A stretch of DNA of 64,000 nucleotides from assembly GCA_003971905.1 (NCBI GenBank), contig RSEE01000017.1, positions 434,001 to 498,000 of the forward strand, in the 5' to 3' direction. The number at the start of each line of letters is the position of its first letter. The first letter of the stretch is position 1. Position numbers and translations under genes: made by a program. The notes beneath the pieces are model-generated. The model worked only from the letters and a program-made list of their open reading frames with translations, did not search any database and was not told the origin of the DNA. Shown one piece after another: positions 52,051 to 64,000 of this stretch. This DNA is from Moniliella sp. 'wahieum'. Lineage: Eukaryota.

Positions 52051-52423
52051 TATTCAACAAGAAATGTGGGGCGTGCGAAACCACAAAGTCAAAAGCAGAG
52101 AGGCGGGACAACAGAGCAGGGGCAAGAGACCGACGACCACAGACCCACTCACACGCAGCACACTCTGTGTTGACGGGGGCTCGTAGTACATATACAAATC
52201 ATATCAACGAGGGAATAAAGCCACAAGAGTGATGGCCCACACATGATAAAATGACAGCGACGTGTGAGGTCCACAGTGTCATCGGTACGGCGACCAAAGC
52301 CGGTGGCGAACGATACAAAGAGACGGAAGAGAAGAGAGTGGGGCGAAGGGGCGAACGGAAGAAGCGTTAACGCAACCACAGTCCGCGTATAGAGATACGA
52401 GCGCGGAAGGAGATGAGGTGCGT

Positions 52424-54906
52424 CTATGTCTCGTGATGTGCTGTGCGCGCTTGTGCTCGTGACGGAGTTCCTCCTCCAACCGTTCCCCTTCACGGTCCAG
52501 ATTGTTGAGGTGCTCCTCTTGGCGGTCCAGATTGTAGAACACTGCAGAGCAGAAAGTAATTCACAGGTTAGCTTTGCTCGCATCCCCCCTCCTCCTCCTC
52601 TTCGAAAAGAAGAGAGTGCACTGTGCGTACAAAAGATGAATACAATCCCCGCTCCGCTCGAAAGGCCAGCAACAGATATAGTTCTCCACCAGCTTGGGGT
52701 CATTGCTGATGGGGGTAAATGCCTCTCCGATGGCCGAGCTGATAGCTGAGGTGAACAGTTGGATGCCCATCACAAACGACTTATCTTTTTGGGGGCCTTG
52801 GAGTAGGCATACTCAAGCGAAGGCACATTGACAAAGAGTTCCGATGTGGCAATCAGAATGTACGCCCCCGATTGTTGCCACACGGTAATCGGCACCTTTG
52901 TGTCGCACGTGGCGGCGTAGTAGCCACAGGGTGATTTCTTGTAAATGAAGTGCTGGGTCACGGCTGCGTACACCATGGCCAGAGCCGCAACTTGGTACCC
53001 GACCGCCATGCGCTGAAGTGCAGACACCCTCCATCCGCGTCGACGCAGCATGGGGTAGACGACAAAGTCCAGAATGGGGACAAGGATGATAATGGCTGTT
53101 TATTAGAGGGGGTGGGGGTGGGCTCAAATGTTAGCATACTACTCTGTCCTCTGTTGCGATAAGTACAACAAGCAAAAGAAGGAGGGTCAGGAGGAGCATA
53201 CCAATGGGGTCCAGGTTCTGGATGATACTGTTGGGCACACCGTTAAGTCGCATGGTGGCAGCCTGCGAGAGAAGGTTGGACGTCATTTGATTGTACGCCA
53301 GCTGGTAAATGGGCAAGAGACAAAACACTTGGCATGCCTTGAACGTCCGGCGCACCTCCATCACCCATATATCTTCAAATGTCATCCACTTGGGACGCGT
53401 TTCCGGGGAGAAGCGGCTGGGAAGTGCATATCCCAAAAGTCATCGGCCCTCATCTTCTTGAACATCTTGACTGGGTTCCAGCTGAAGCAGGGTTTCGTGC
53501 AGAACCACAGAATGCGGAAGGCTGACGGCATGAGCGATCCCGATGGGGGTGTCTTGATGTAGTAGTTGCGCCAGAAGTAAAGCACGGGCCCACAGATCAT
53601 AGCAAGATGGTTGGAAGGTGTACTCGAGCCAAAAGCCTACATATTCTATCAGGCAGAAACACAACCGTCAATAACGACGTTTAGTAAAGAAGGTAGGATG
53701 GGAGAAAAGGGGGACGTACTTTCAGAGTAGGCATACCAACTTGGCCGCCCAGGGCACCAATGTTGATGAACAAATAGCTGAACATAGACGGTAGATCAAT
53801 AAGTGCGCTCATATATATGTGCTATTCTCTTCCGTCAGAAAAAAGGGACGTACAAACCATGACAGGCGCGTCAGAGTCAGACTGGGGTCAATGATCACCC
53901 TCTCGTTGCTCTTCTCGAGGGTGGTGGTGTACATCTTGGTTGCCGCTACCTGTTCGGCAATGAGAGGGCTCACCTGAGAACAGAAGATGCTCAAAAGTCA
54001 GTACATGCTTTTCAATGAAATAGGACGGTAGACGAGAGCCAGAAAACGTACCGAAGACTTGAACCAACCTGTACCCCACCAAAGATAATGATAGCAATGA
54101 TGAGGCAGGCATACGACCCGTTGACGTTGTCCATAACGGAAGGGATGGCACTGACTGTGAGTCAAGTCAATGTCACGTTCCCGCCAGATTGTCCTCGGCG
54201 CTGTGATGAAAAGGAGGAGGAATGCACGTACTAATGAGAATAATGTGGCCAACGGTTGCAATGACCAGTGCAATAGCAATCGTTTTAAAACGACCCCAGT
54301 ATGAGTCGGCCAGGTAAGCACCGAGCAGAGGCATGCAGTAAACAGAAGGAGTTGAAGGTTGTAATGCCAAATGCGGCCCGCTGACCTTTGTGGAGCGCCC
54401 CCGTCACCCCATTCGAGGCTCGATTGGCACCTGTGCGGCCACCCTGACTGTAGGGAGGACGGGGTTGTTGAATAAAGTTGGTGAAGGCGTTGATGACACC
54501 AGAGTACGAGAAACGTTCTGCCAACTCACATATGGCCACTCCAAACGCACGCCAGGGAACTGGGCAGGAAGGCGACGAGAGTTTTCAGCTCGTCGATAGT
54601 GGGTAGAGTGGGTGGAGGATGGATCATAGCGGCGGGCGTCACTTCCACTAAGCTCTTCGAGCACATTGCTGTCGATCCCATCCAACTTCTTTTCGTCAAT
54701 AGGGCTGGTGCTATTAATCTCCGCCCGGAGGATATATCATCCTTGGAACCGACCGGAACCACGCTTTCTTTCTCGACACCCACGGTTTGGGATGCGCATC
54801 AGAGTAGAGCAAGAAGGGGTTAGCTCATAGGGATGCGATGTAATAACAATTCGCACACCTCTAGGTAGACGAGGAAGGAAAGAGGTCAGAGCGTACGGGC
54901 AACCAT
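52424..54906 (-). CDS. PTR2: Proton-dependent oligopeptide transporter (POT/PTR2 family)
   Basis: ELAERFSYSG, PLLGAYLADSYWGRFKTI, GTGWFKSS..SPLIAEQ, FINIGALG, YNQMTSNLLSQAATM, LEYAYSKAP. Several introns; both ends approximate (the ORF track continues to 52279). Confidence 0.92.
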
Positions 54907-55786
54907 GGTTACGACGGTTGAGCTGGGGCTGACTGGGCCAAAGGCGCTTTGTTGGGGAGTGTCCTGGGCTGGAGCTGTGAGGCTGGTGTTGGGACAGTGG
55001 CGAAGTTGTGCTAGAAGTGGTTGTCCAGCGATGAACGAAAGGGGCAGGGTGGGGCGGGACGGGACGGAAAGACTGTTGTGGCGGTTAGTTTTATACATAC
55101 ACCACAGCACAGCCATTTTCGGTACTGTGACTATATCAGTGTGGCTCCAACAATATGTGAAAGAGGACCGAGCTGGAGCATCAACGAATGATACTAGCCT
55201 GTAAAGGGCTCTTTCGTGTGCACAAAAAGGACAAGGCGCGAGCCACAACAGAGTCAAAGCTCAAGGGTCGCAGGGTCTCATAGAGAGCTCTGCATCATGC
55301 ATCAGACCTCAATATTCAATGCACTCAAACACCCTAATGCCCCAACCCCTCCTCCCATCCGGCATTTGTCAAATAGGAGGGGTGGGCAGAGAAAAGGCGT
55401 ATAGAACTCGGTAAGCACATGTCGAGGTCAGTCGACGGGGCGAAGGCGCACAGCTTATCGACACACTGATAACGTCTCAGTTACTAGTGACGACGAATAT
55501 ATAAGAGCCAATAGGCGCTCCCTGGCACTGGCGCTCTGCTTTATGGAGGGGCTCAAGCACCCAGGCACTGGGGGTCTGTATGAGCTTCAACCCCAGAAGC
55601 CCCTCTCTCCCGCTCGAGCAGGCATGTGTCCGCCCTGTCCGCCCCCCGCATTTCGATGCTATCTCAGATCTCATGCATCAGGTACTGATGCAATGCAACG
55701 CGCAAAGCTTGGCAGCGCAGGCACTTGCGCCGTGGCGCGCTTCGTTGACATTTGCCTTTGGAAAGCGGCAGCTGACTATGACTACT

Positions 55787-55814
55787 AGTGACTAGTGACT
55801 AGTGACTAGTGACT
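55787..55814. repeat. Perfect (AGTGACT)x4
   Basis: Read directly from the sequence. Confidence 0.95.
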
Positions 55815-56083
55815 GCGCCCATGTGGGGGCTGAGGCTTCACCAGGGTCACCAGGGCCCAAGATGCCTCAGGTAGGCGTTCAGGCGCTCTGGCCTCTTCAG
55901 CACTGGCAGGCCCGACATGCTGACAGCAGTGACTATATAGCCTCTGTCTATCGACCGACTAATAATATTGATGCTGAGCGTGATGGTCAATGGCGGCATG
56001 ACGCGATATGCTTGTAGCTAGAAGCTTGAATCTTGAACCTTGACTAAGTTGAGTTTGAGCGCGCGTTGAGCCTCAACGCTGAG

Positions 56084-56152
56084 CTTGAAGTGCCTTGAAG
56101 TGCCTTGAAGCTTGAAGCGCCTTGAAGCTCTTGAAGCTTGAAGCTTTTGAAG
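56084..56152. repeat. Array of seven CTTGAAG units with 0-3 nt spacers
   Basis: CTTGAAG at 56084, 56094, 56104, 56111, 56121, 56130 and 56137. Confidence 0.92.
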
Positions 56153-57269
56153 AGGTTGAATAGCTTAAAGAGACAAGCGCCGCATGAGCGAGAGGGCGGA
56201 GCACGGGAAATGCGGAGGATGAGCCAATAGTTTATCGTATACAAACGATCTACTCGATCTACGAAGTCATTAGGGCCTATAAAGGCGAAGACCTACTAGT
56301 AAGGCGTAAACGCGTAAAAGGCGTAAAAAGAGGACGCAACGTACGCTACGCCACAGTCCAGGCACACCAGGCACACGGCACGAGAGATCATCGATCACGA
56401 TCACATGTCTCACAGTATATATCTCGTCTCAATGTCACGTGTCGCGGCATGTCACCTGTCAGACGTTAGATCTTAAATCTGTCAGATCCAGAAAAGTCAC
56501 CGTGTCGGCTTCACAAGCTTCAAGCTTCAAGTTGGGGAAGGGCTGCGTTGGGGCATATGTGGGGAGACGCACTGGATAAGCGGCTGGGGCCCAGTGACGG
56601 AGTGGGAGTGGCGAGTGACGCACACACACGTTTCCCTTTTGGCGGGTTTCCCCCTCTGAACGTCTGAACGGTGACAGTGCCGTACGTAGAACACAAAGGG
56701 GCAGCAAGCTTATAGCAAGTCTGATATTGATAGCCGATAGCCGATAGTTAGTCTATTAATCGATAATCATTGATCGAGATCATTGCCATCATCGATCCAT
56801 CATTGCATCATCTCGTTCCTGATCGCATCTGCATCATCATCGACATCATCGATCAACATCGCTGGGCTACTATGGCGGATAGTAATATGTATCTCCACAC
56901 GCGGTTGTGCGACCGGCGGTGTTTCAACCGTTCAACGTACGTACGTTCAAAACGTGTCATCCGAACGTTCCTCATCAGTCACTCGGGCGCTGAGCTACTC
57001 AGGCCGAGATCTGAGTCTGAGACCTGAGAAGCTGAGGTACCATGCGATGCCGAGCCCAATACCCCATTTTTCTCATTCGCAGAAAAACCGAAAGGCAGTG
57101 GTTGACGTTGAGACGTTGAGGTAGGACCAGCACAGCCATCGAAAGGGAAAAGACAGGGACGAAACGCTTTGCCATTGGCACATTTTCATCCGCGGCGTGT
57201 GCAGCTCGGGCCACAACAGTTCAACCAAGAGGAGGTCCATGTGGGTGCTGTTGGACCGTGGCTGCTGTG

Positions 57270-58910
57270 AGTAATGGCACTATACAGTAGTAGACATTTA
57301 ATAACGATGAACATTATCCAATGAGAGGTTCTTCATCAGTAAGTCCCCTTCCCAGTGCACAACCATCTTGTTGGCATATATTACTATACTCGTATATCGT
57401 GATATGACCAACACCAAGGGGAAAATAGGGCTCTTGTTGCTGGTGGAGTGTAGCCTTGTGGTACTTGGATGACATTCTTGTCACCCGGTGTACGGTTGTA
57501 GATCATCGCTTGCTCCACAAAACAGTCGATGCAGGTCCTCATTGCCTTTCCACAGGCGCTGCCGTCGTTTTGTGCACCTATATACCTCCGCGGCGGTGCA
57601 CAACCTTGACCTTGCTCCTGTTGTTGTACCCGAGTCCGTAGGGCTGTGTGCTCTACCTTTATTCCTGATCCTCCAAACGCTTCAGGCTGCATTTCCTGGT
57701 TGACCAGGATACGCAGTGTTGCATTTCACATCTGGCGCCTTCCTCTTCGTCCTCATCCACAGGGTGCATCGAAACAACATATACCGCCAGATTGTCCGGA
57801 TGAGGTACAAGCGGAATGGATCCAGCACGACCTTATTATGGAATACCCCACACTCGCGTTGGATGCGGAGCGGGCTATGAGGCGTTAAAACGCTGAGAGT
57901 AGTCAACACTTGCATTTGCTCCAATGAGGAACGGCGCAAAATCCGGACCTGCATTTGTCAGTGAGCGTGAGGTGATGTGCCGGTATCGGGAAAGTCAAAC
58001 GTCGATGAAAACACAGCAATGTCCACCCGTGAGTTTTTGGGCCAACTACCGCTCTCTGACACTGTTGAACAGCACCTGTCAAGCTCCTCCTCACAGTGCT
58101 AGAGGGAAGGCGTTGCTTTCTTAATCTCTCTGTCGTGTGCGCATACAGGTTCATACAGGTACGTTCAACAATGGTGATAAGGGTGTCGTTAACCTCTATG
58201 GCGCTGCAGCACGACGCTCCACCGGGAGCGAAACCTATGTACGGTTAGAAGAAAGTGAGTAACCGGAAACTGATAAACCCCCACCCGCCTAGGAAAAAAG
58301 CAACATAATAGTCTTGAGGATGTGACGATGGTTGCCCTTCTTGCCTCGGAAGAGAGGTCCCCAATAACCACTGGGTTCCAAATTAACCCCATACATAGGA
58401 ACTCCACGCCAACACCTCGCCTAGCTCGCCCCCCAACTGCATGGAGTGGAACAGAGGCTACGAGAAGCCTCCTCTTATCAGTATGTGAGTACAGTTTAAG
58501 CCATTGTGTAGGGTGCGCCATCAACCTTAAGCATGTCTTCCCAGAGGTCGAGTCCCTGGTCTATGCAGGCATCCGGCAATGCTACCTGCTCCTCAGATGG
58601 ATGCAGTATCAAAGGCACACCCACAGTCTCTCTCCAATTCTCCTCGAATCCAATCCCGCTCCTGTAATAGGAGCGCACATGATGCCTGAGGCCTGACACC
58701 CGCTGACGCCGGTGTATTAATCGCCGTTTTCTGGCATAACTACTAAACAAACGAGAGGTGGTGTGCCGACCTTCTTTTCAAGAATGGGAATGTCGTCATT
58801 CCCCGTACGCCTTCAGGCACTTTCACCGTGCCCTAAAGTACTATAGATAGCATCTCCGAGTTCCCTCTGCAGTCAAAACGTTTATATTGTCACAGAGTGG
58901 GGGCCAAGAC
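57270..58910 (-). mobile_element. Degenerate non-LTR retrotransposon relic homologous to the 24060-25200 element, extending into decayed RT/thumb sequence
   Basis: Colinear matches to copy 1: PIPAHHLTLTD vs AIPSVPYLKLSD; SKCKC vs SRCKC; LIRTI vs LIRSI; PEAFGGSGIKVEHT vs PGALGGTGI.EVDHT; VHKTTAAPVERQ vs VHKSTASPLERR; KY..QEPYFPLVL vs KY..QEQFFPLVL; MSTT vs MSTT. Upstream remnants LGP...LG...AY.DDIPIL and GGGLSV. Many stops. Confidence 0.7.
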
Positions 58911-59267
58911 GAGGAAGACGAGAGTAAAGACAAGGTCAGAGAACGTAGTAATCGTTCGCGGGTAAGAAGCAAGAAGAACGAGGGCTGCATGTGGTGAAAA
59001 AAGCACAGACAACTATAGGAAAGAGAATGTGGTCGACTATAACAAAACGTTCCTCTCGGCCGGTCTCAATATACGATTGCACATCATGAAAAGATGTCTT
59101 CTTAACTACCACTGCATTACTGAACTTCGTTATTATGACACCGCAGGGGAACCCTCAGGATCATTATTCAGTGTTAGTTTTGGTATAGGAGAGAGAGACC
59201 TAGAGAAAAGAACTATTAAGCAGGTCCAGTGTACCGAATTGTTTACGAAGGTTGGCGATGTCATTCA

Positions 59268-59352
59268 GCCTTGCTATTTCAATCGGTAGAATTTGAGACT
59301 CTTACTTAGGAGGTCCATCTCACGGTTGTGGGTTCGAGTCCCACGTGGGGCG
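59268..59352 (+). tRNA. tRNA-Lys(CTT) with 12-nt intron and atypical D arm
   Basis: GCCTTGC/GTGGGGC acceptor, TGAGA CT CTT A[CTTAGGAGGTCC]A TCTCA, T arm GTGGG TTCGAGT CCCAC, T7 terminator. D stem reads TTTC/GAAT. Confidence 0.8.
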
Positions 59353-59561
59353 TTTTTTTGTTCAATTTTCCCGAACAAGATGCCACCATCGTTTGATCAG
59401 ATCGGTCCGGGGTAAGTAACCGGTCACCAGGCCTGCGGCCTTGAGGAGCCTGAGAACTCACAGCCGGAGTAGGGCGATGGCGGGCTGACCGCCGTTAGCA
59501 TCCTCAGGCCTCAGGCTGGGCCCGCTGTCGGAGGCCTCGGTTTTTTTGGTCGACCACAGCA

Positions 59562-59596
59562 AGTCACTAGTCACTGGTCACCGGTCACTAGTCATT
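59562..59596. repeat. 7-bp phased array AGTCACT AGTCACT GGTCACC GGTCACT AGTCATT
   Basis: Read directly from the sequence. Confidence 0.9.
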
Positions 59597-60184
59597 GGAA
59601 TCACTAGCCTTTTCCAACGAGTTGTTCAATGAAGCATGTGGCGAAGCAGTACAGCAGTGCCCGGGTAGTACAGCCTCGTACAGCTCGTGTAGCGCAGCGC
59701 GGTCTGTGTGACTTCTGACTTTCCGCTTCACATGTGACATGCTTTCGGCGCTGCGCGCGAGCGATTGCCGACGAGGCGTCCCCACAACGTGGTCTTCCCG
59801 CCCTGTGCACCTGACGTGCGGGCTGGCCAGCTGTTTCGTCAGACGGCCATAATGCAAAACCGGTATTCGATACCCGACAATCGAATGATCAAAATCGTCG
59901 ATAGTTGCTTGTGAGATCTGCGAGTTCCTAGTTGCGACTTGCTAGTTGCTACTCAGTAGCACTATTTGCTACTCAGTAGCACGCACCGGGGCCACCCAAT
60001 CCCGATTAATCAATTAATGCCAACCACAAACTGCGAGGCACAGCTGTGCGCACTGCGAGCCGGCCGGCACATTAACCACACCAACGTGGTTATCTTGTTC
60101 AGCCCCCTAGCACTTGCTCCTTCCAGCCATCACCCACACAGCAGCCGCGTCATCCTCTCCCTGTATATTGCCTCCGCCATCCCG

Positions 60185-60270
60185 CCATCCCCATCGCCAT
60201 CTCCATCGCCATCTCCATCGCCATCTCCATCGCCATCTCCATCCCCATCCCCATCCCCACCCCCATCGCC
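60185..60270 (+). repeat. Hexamer microsatellite (CCATCN)n with a 12-bp higher-order unit CCATCGCCATCT
   Basis: About 14 units immediately upstream of the ABC transporter ATG. Confidence 0.9.
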
Positions 60271-60310
60271 TCCTCTCCCGTCTGCCTGCTCCCTAGCCTG
60301 CTTCCAGGCT

Positions 60311-63300
60311 ATGAGGAACGTGTACATCGACGGCGTCTGCGTCGATGCCAGCCGCTGGGGGCCGGCATCCACCTGCCGCACCTTTGACTTTACGCCTGCC
60401 TTTGAGAACATTGTCCTCACCATCCTCCCGCACGCCGTTCTCATTGTCCTCCTTCTCGCCTTCCGCCTGCCCCGCATCCCACAAAACCAGCCTGCCCACT
60501 CGTTTCGCCCCCCGTGATGTTCTTGGCTACTCCCAGGCCGTTAGTGCCTGCGCGCTTGCGGTCCTGGCCACAGCCGCTCTTGCTTGCGCCTGTGCAGGGT
60601 TAGACTCGGTCCAACAGCTGGCACTTGGGGGGCGCAGTCTACTCCTCGCAGCTCAGGCCCTTGAGTTTATCGGTTCAATCGGCGTGTTTATGGCCGTGCT
60701 GGTGGAACGCAAGCGTACAAGCGGCGGCTCCTTTGTCTTGCCCTTATTCCTCCTTTCGACAATCCTGTTTGATGGTGCACGTTTGCGGACCTATTGCCAA
60801 CTTCCGGCCCATCCGGTGGCCATCCGCAGCACGGCCTATTTCGGTCTCTTTGCCGCCATGCTGGGCGTCCGCACCTTGCTCTTTTTCCTTCTCAGCACCA
60901 ACTTGGCCAGTGTTGAGCAGGATGCGTCGTTTGTCAACCGTCTTGGCTTTTTCTGGCTCATGCCCCTCATTTTTGGTGGGATGCGCCGCACGTTAACGAT
61001 CGAGCAGCTCCCATCGCTAGGTGCGCGGTACGGAACACGCCGCTTAGGGGAGCGCTTCCGCGCGGCTTACCCCTATAGCAGTATGGCTCAGGGTCGCATT
61101 CCTAAAACCGGGCTTTTCGGCGGGCTGATCCGTGCCTTTTCCTTCAACTTGGTCACGCCAATCATCCCCAAGATTGTTTCGACTGCAGTGACGCTATCCC
61201 AGCCGTATTTGATCCAGGATACTATTGTCTACATTGGAAGTTACGCTGGCATTCCAGACTATCCGCCTCAGCCAGCTAGCAAAGGGTGGTCCCTCGCTGG
61301 CGCCTATGCGCTGGTGTATACCGTCCAGGCCCTGGCCTCGTCGCAGTATATGTTGCTACTAAGCAGAACCAAGTGGTGATCAGTGGGGCCCTACTGGAGT
61401 CCTTGTATGACAAAGCGGTACGGATTGAGCTCAGCACCGCCACCGAACTCGGCTCGGCCAAGGCAATGAACATCATGTCTCAAGATGTGCGGAGAATCAT
61501 GAAGCTCATTGACCCGGTTCATGAAATTTGGTCGGCGATTGCAACTGTCGCCGTGGCGATCTACATTACATGGGATGCGCTACACACAGTGTTTGTGGTG
61601 GTGCTCTTTATGGCCTTCTTGATCCTGGTCTTGGGACCGGCATGTGCGATTCCCATGGGACCTTCGCAGGCCGCCTGGTCTGGTGCGACGGATCGTCGTG
61701 TTCGTCTAACAACATCTGTCTTTGGTTCGATAAAGGCGATCAAGATGTCAGCCTTAGAGCCGTTCTTTGTTCGCAAGATCCTTGCGTTGCGCAGGACAGA
61801 ATTGAACAACTTCCGCAAGTTTAGCACACAACTTACTGCCGTACGTTGCCTTTTCCCCTTTCTCATTTTGTAAGTAAGGCTGGCAAGAGATGATACTGAC
61901 ACCCTGCCATTACAGGTCGTTTGCTCCACTCACATTCTCGGCGGTTCTGTCCCCGTGTTTACATTTATCGCACTGGCGGCTGTGTCGCACAAATATCCCG
62001 ACTCGGTGCGCTACTCGTTTACTGCGCCCCGCGTGTTCACCGCCCTGAACGCTATCAACATTATGGTCCAACCACTTGCTGAGATCGGGCAACAGATCGG
62101 GTCACTAGTGGAGGCCTTGGCTAGCATCAAGCGGCTGGAGGAGTACCTCTTGTCGGATGAAAAGGTTGATGACGGCAATGATCTCCCATCCTCGAGTCTG
62201 GACAAGGATGGCAAGTTGGAGATTGAAAGGAATGACTCGAGCTTGTGGGACCAATCGGGATCAGAAGCCATCCCCTTGGAGGAACTACCCAAAACCCCTA
62301 ATATGGCTCCGAGTCTGACCTTGCCAACAACAGACGTGAAGGCCTCCCTATCACCTCTGGCCTCGCTCCATGTGTCGGATTCCCCTAACGAGCCGCGCTT
62401 GGTGAACGCAAGCATTGGTTGGAAGGAAGAGACGGTCCTGTCTGATGTCTCCCTCGCCCTCGTCCCAGGGTTGACGATGGTCGTCGGTCGCCTCTCAGCT
62501 GGCAAGTCGACACTCCTCAACGCCTTCTTGGGCGAGACGCGCATCCTGAGTGGCCATACCGAGCATCTACCTCGGCCAATCTCAGGGACGGAGCTGGTGG
62601 GGTATGCACCACAAGACTACTGGACGCAAGAGACCATGACCATCCGTGCTAACATCGTATTCTACAACCCACTCGGGTACGATCCAGTGTGGTATGACCA
62701 AGTTGTCGAGGCATGTGCCCTCAAACCCGACCTGGCCAAGTTTGAACTTGGAGACCAGCGTTTGGCCAAGAGTCTGAGTGGAGGGCAGAAGCAACGCATC
62801 AACCTGGCCCGCGCGGTGTATGCCCGGCAAGCATTCATGTTTATCCTTGACGATCCGCTCAGTGCCGTCGATGCAAAGACTGAGGCGCACATTTGGACGC
62901 ATTTGTTTGGCCCGAGCGGACTGCTCCAGGGCCGTCGTGTACTCCTCGCCTCCAACGCTGTCTTCCGTCTCAAAGATGCTGACCGTGTCGTTCATATTCT
63001 GCCGGGAGGGAAGGCCCTGCTACGCACCCCCAAAGAAGCATCTGCTGCTCTCGCTCACGACCTGGCACAGCAAGACGCAGCGGACACAGACACTCCTGCC
63101 GCCTTGACCGCTGGCACCGCTCCCGGAATTGTCCTGACTGTGGCAGAGGGACGCCGCAAACAGCTGCTCGAGGACGACATGCAAATTGGTCTTGGAGGGG
63201 AAGCGCAAGGTAAGGTCCAGATGGATCGTCTTGATATTCTCGAGGACATTGAAATGGACCAAGAGATGGTGGATGAAGACGAAGACCAAAACAAGATGGA

Positions 63301-64000
63301 TGAGGTATTTGAGAACCGGGTCGGCTTCTCGTCTTATTGGTTCTGGGTCACGGCAGCTGGGCCTTGGCGAGTAGCCGTTATGGTGGTCCTTCTCATTTTC
63401 ACTGCCATGTCGAACCTTGCCTACCAAATCTACATCCAGCACTGGACGGATCGGCGGGACGCGCTTGCACCTGGCACATATGGACCTATGATGGGTGGTT
63501 ACTTGGCTCTGTGGGCAAGCCTTTTCATCTTGTCGGCGATGTGCATCCAGTTTACTTTTGTCCATACCACGATCCCGGCCGGCTGGACCATCCATGAGCG
63601 CATCCTCCGCGCCGTTCTGGCTGCGCCCATGTCTTTTTTTAACGCCCGCTCTTCGGGACAAGTGGTTGCTCGACACTCGGGTGATCTCTTTATGGTTGAC
63701 ATGGAGTGGATTATGGCCCTGTTTGGATTCCTTCTTCTTGCCATCAGCCTGTTGGGAAGCTGCATCCTCATGATTGTCACAGCACCCTATACGGCTATCA
63801 CCTTTGTTGCAGCAGTGGCGATCGCGACCTTGATTCGTTGGATGTATCTTCCGAATTCGCGGCAAATGCGGCGTTTGGAGATGGCTTCTCGCTCCCCTCT
63901 TTACACCCTCTTTGGCGACTGCACCTCGGGATTGGCGGTGATTCGAGCTTTTGGGGCGGTGGAACCATTGCGAGATGATGAACACCAAGTACGCTACCAA
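60311..64000 (+). CDS. ABCC/MRP-type ABC transporter, 5' part (TMD0, TMD1, NBD1, start of TMD2; runs off the window end)
   Basis: N-terminal CVD..WGP..CRTFDFTPAFENIVL typical of fungal ABCC, FFWLMPL, ATDRRVRLT..IKAIKMSA, Walker A GRLSAGKST, signature LSGGQKQRINLARAVY, Walker B FILDDPLSAVD, TMD2 APMSFF, SRQMRRLEMASRSPLYT. Intron ~61841-61915. Confidence 0.94.

Noticed and set aside
54780..54900. Possible 2-nt micro-exon at the PTR2 5' end
   Set aside because: Would need a 36-nt intron with the branch point adjacent to the donor. A single intron with an acceptor lost to an assembly deletion is simpler.
63020..64000. 326-aa minus-strand ORF
   Set aside because: Antisense shadow of the ABC transporter linker and TMD2.

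Overview
Eukaryotic, GC-rich, intron-poor fungal genomic DNA. The gene style suggests a basidiomycete, probably Ustilaginomycotina (inference). The assembly has pervasive 1-2 nt indels, so nearly every gene is split over several ORF-track entries; I treat these as sequencing artefacts, not pseudogenes. Recognisable genes, left to right: ADP/ATP carrier (partial), mitochondrial Hsp70, Nop53, ankyrin-PH-ORD oxysterol-binding protein, a 5-exon zinc-ribbon protein, calcineurin A, GPI2/PIG-C, GH3 beta-glucosidase, KRE6/SKN1, FKS1, a stand-alone Arc1p/EMAP-II-type tRNA-binding domain, a small 2-exon orphan, GSK3, glycerol kinase, a small secreted Cys protein, hexokinase, a large RA/PH protein, PTR2 and an ABCC transporter (partial). 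There are five intron-containing tRNA genes (Ser, Ala, Met, Gly, Lys). Two observations stand out. (1) The intergenic DNA holds many 7-bp-phased arrays of odd palindromes with different sequences but one shared grammar, xy-T-N-A-y'x' (AGTGACT, GGTGACC, CCTAAGG, GCTCAGC, CTTGAAG, GTTCAAC, GATCATC and others), suggesting a common cut-and-repair or transposon-footprint process. (2) Three of the five tRNA genes abut retroelement relics: two mutually homologous CRE/Cnl1-like RLE non-LTR fragments and one probable DIRS/Ngaro RT fragment. All calls were made by eye; no database searches were run.
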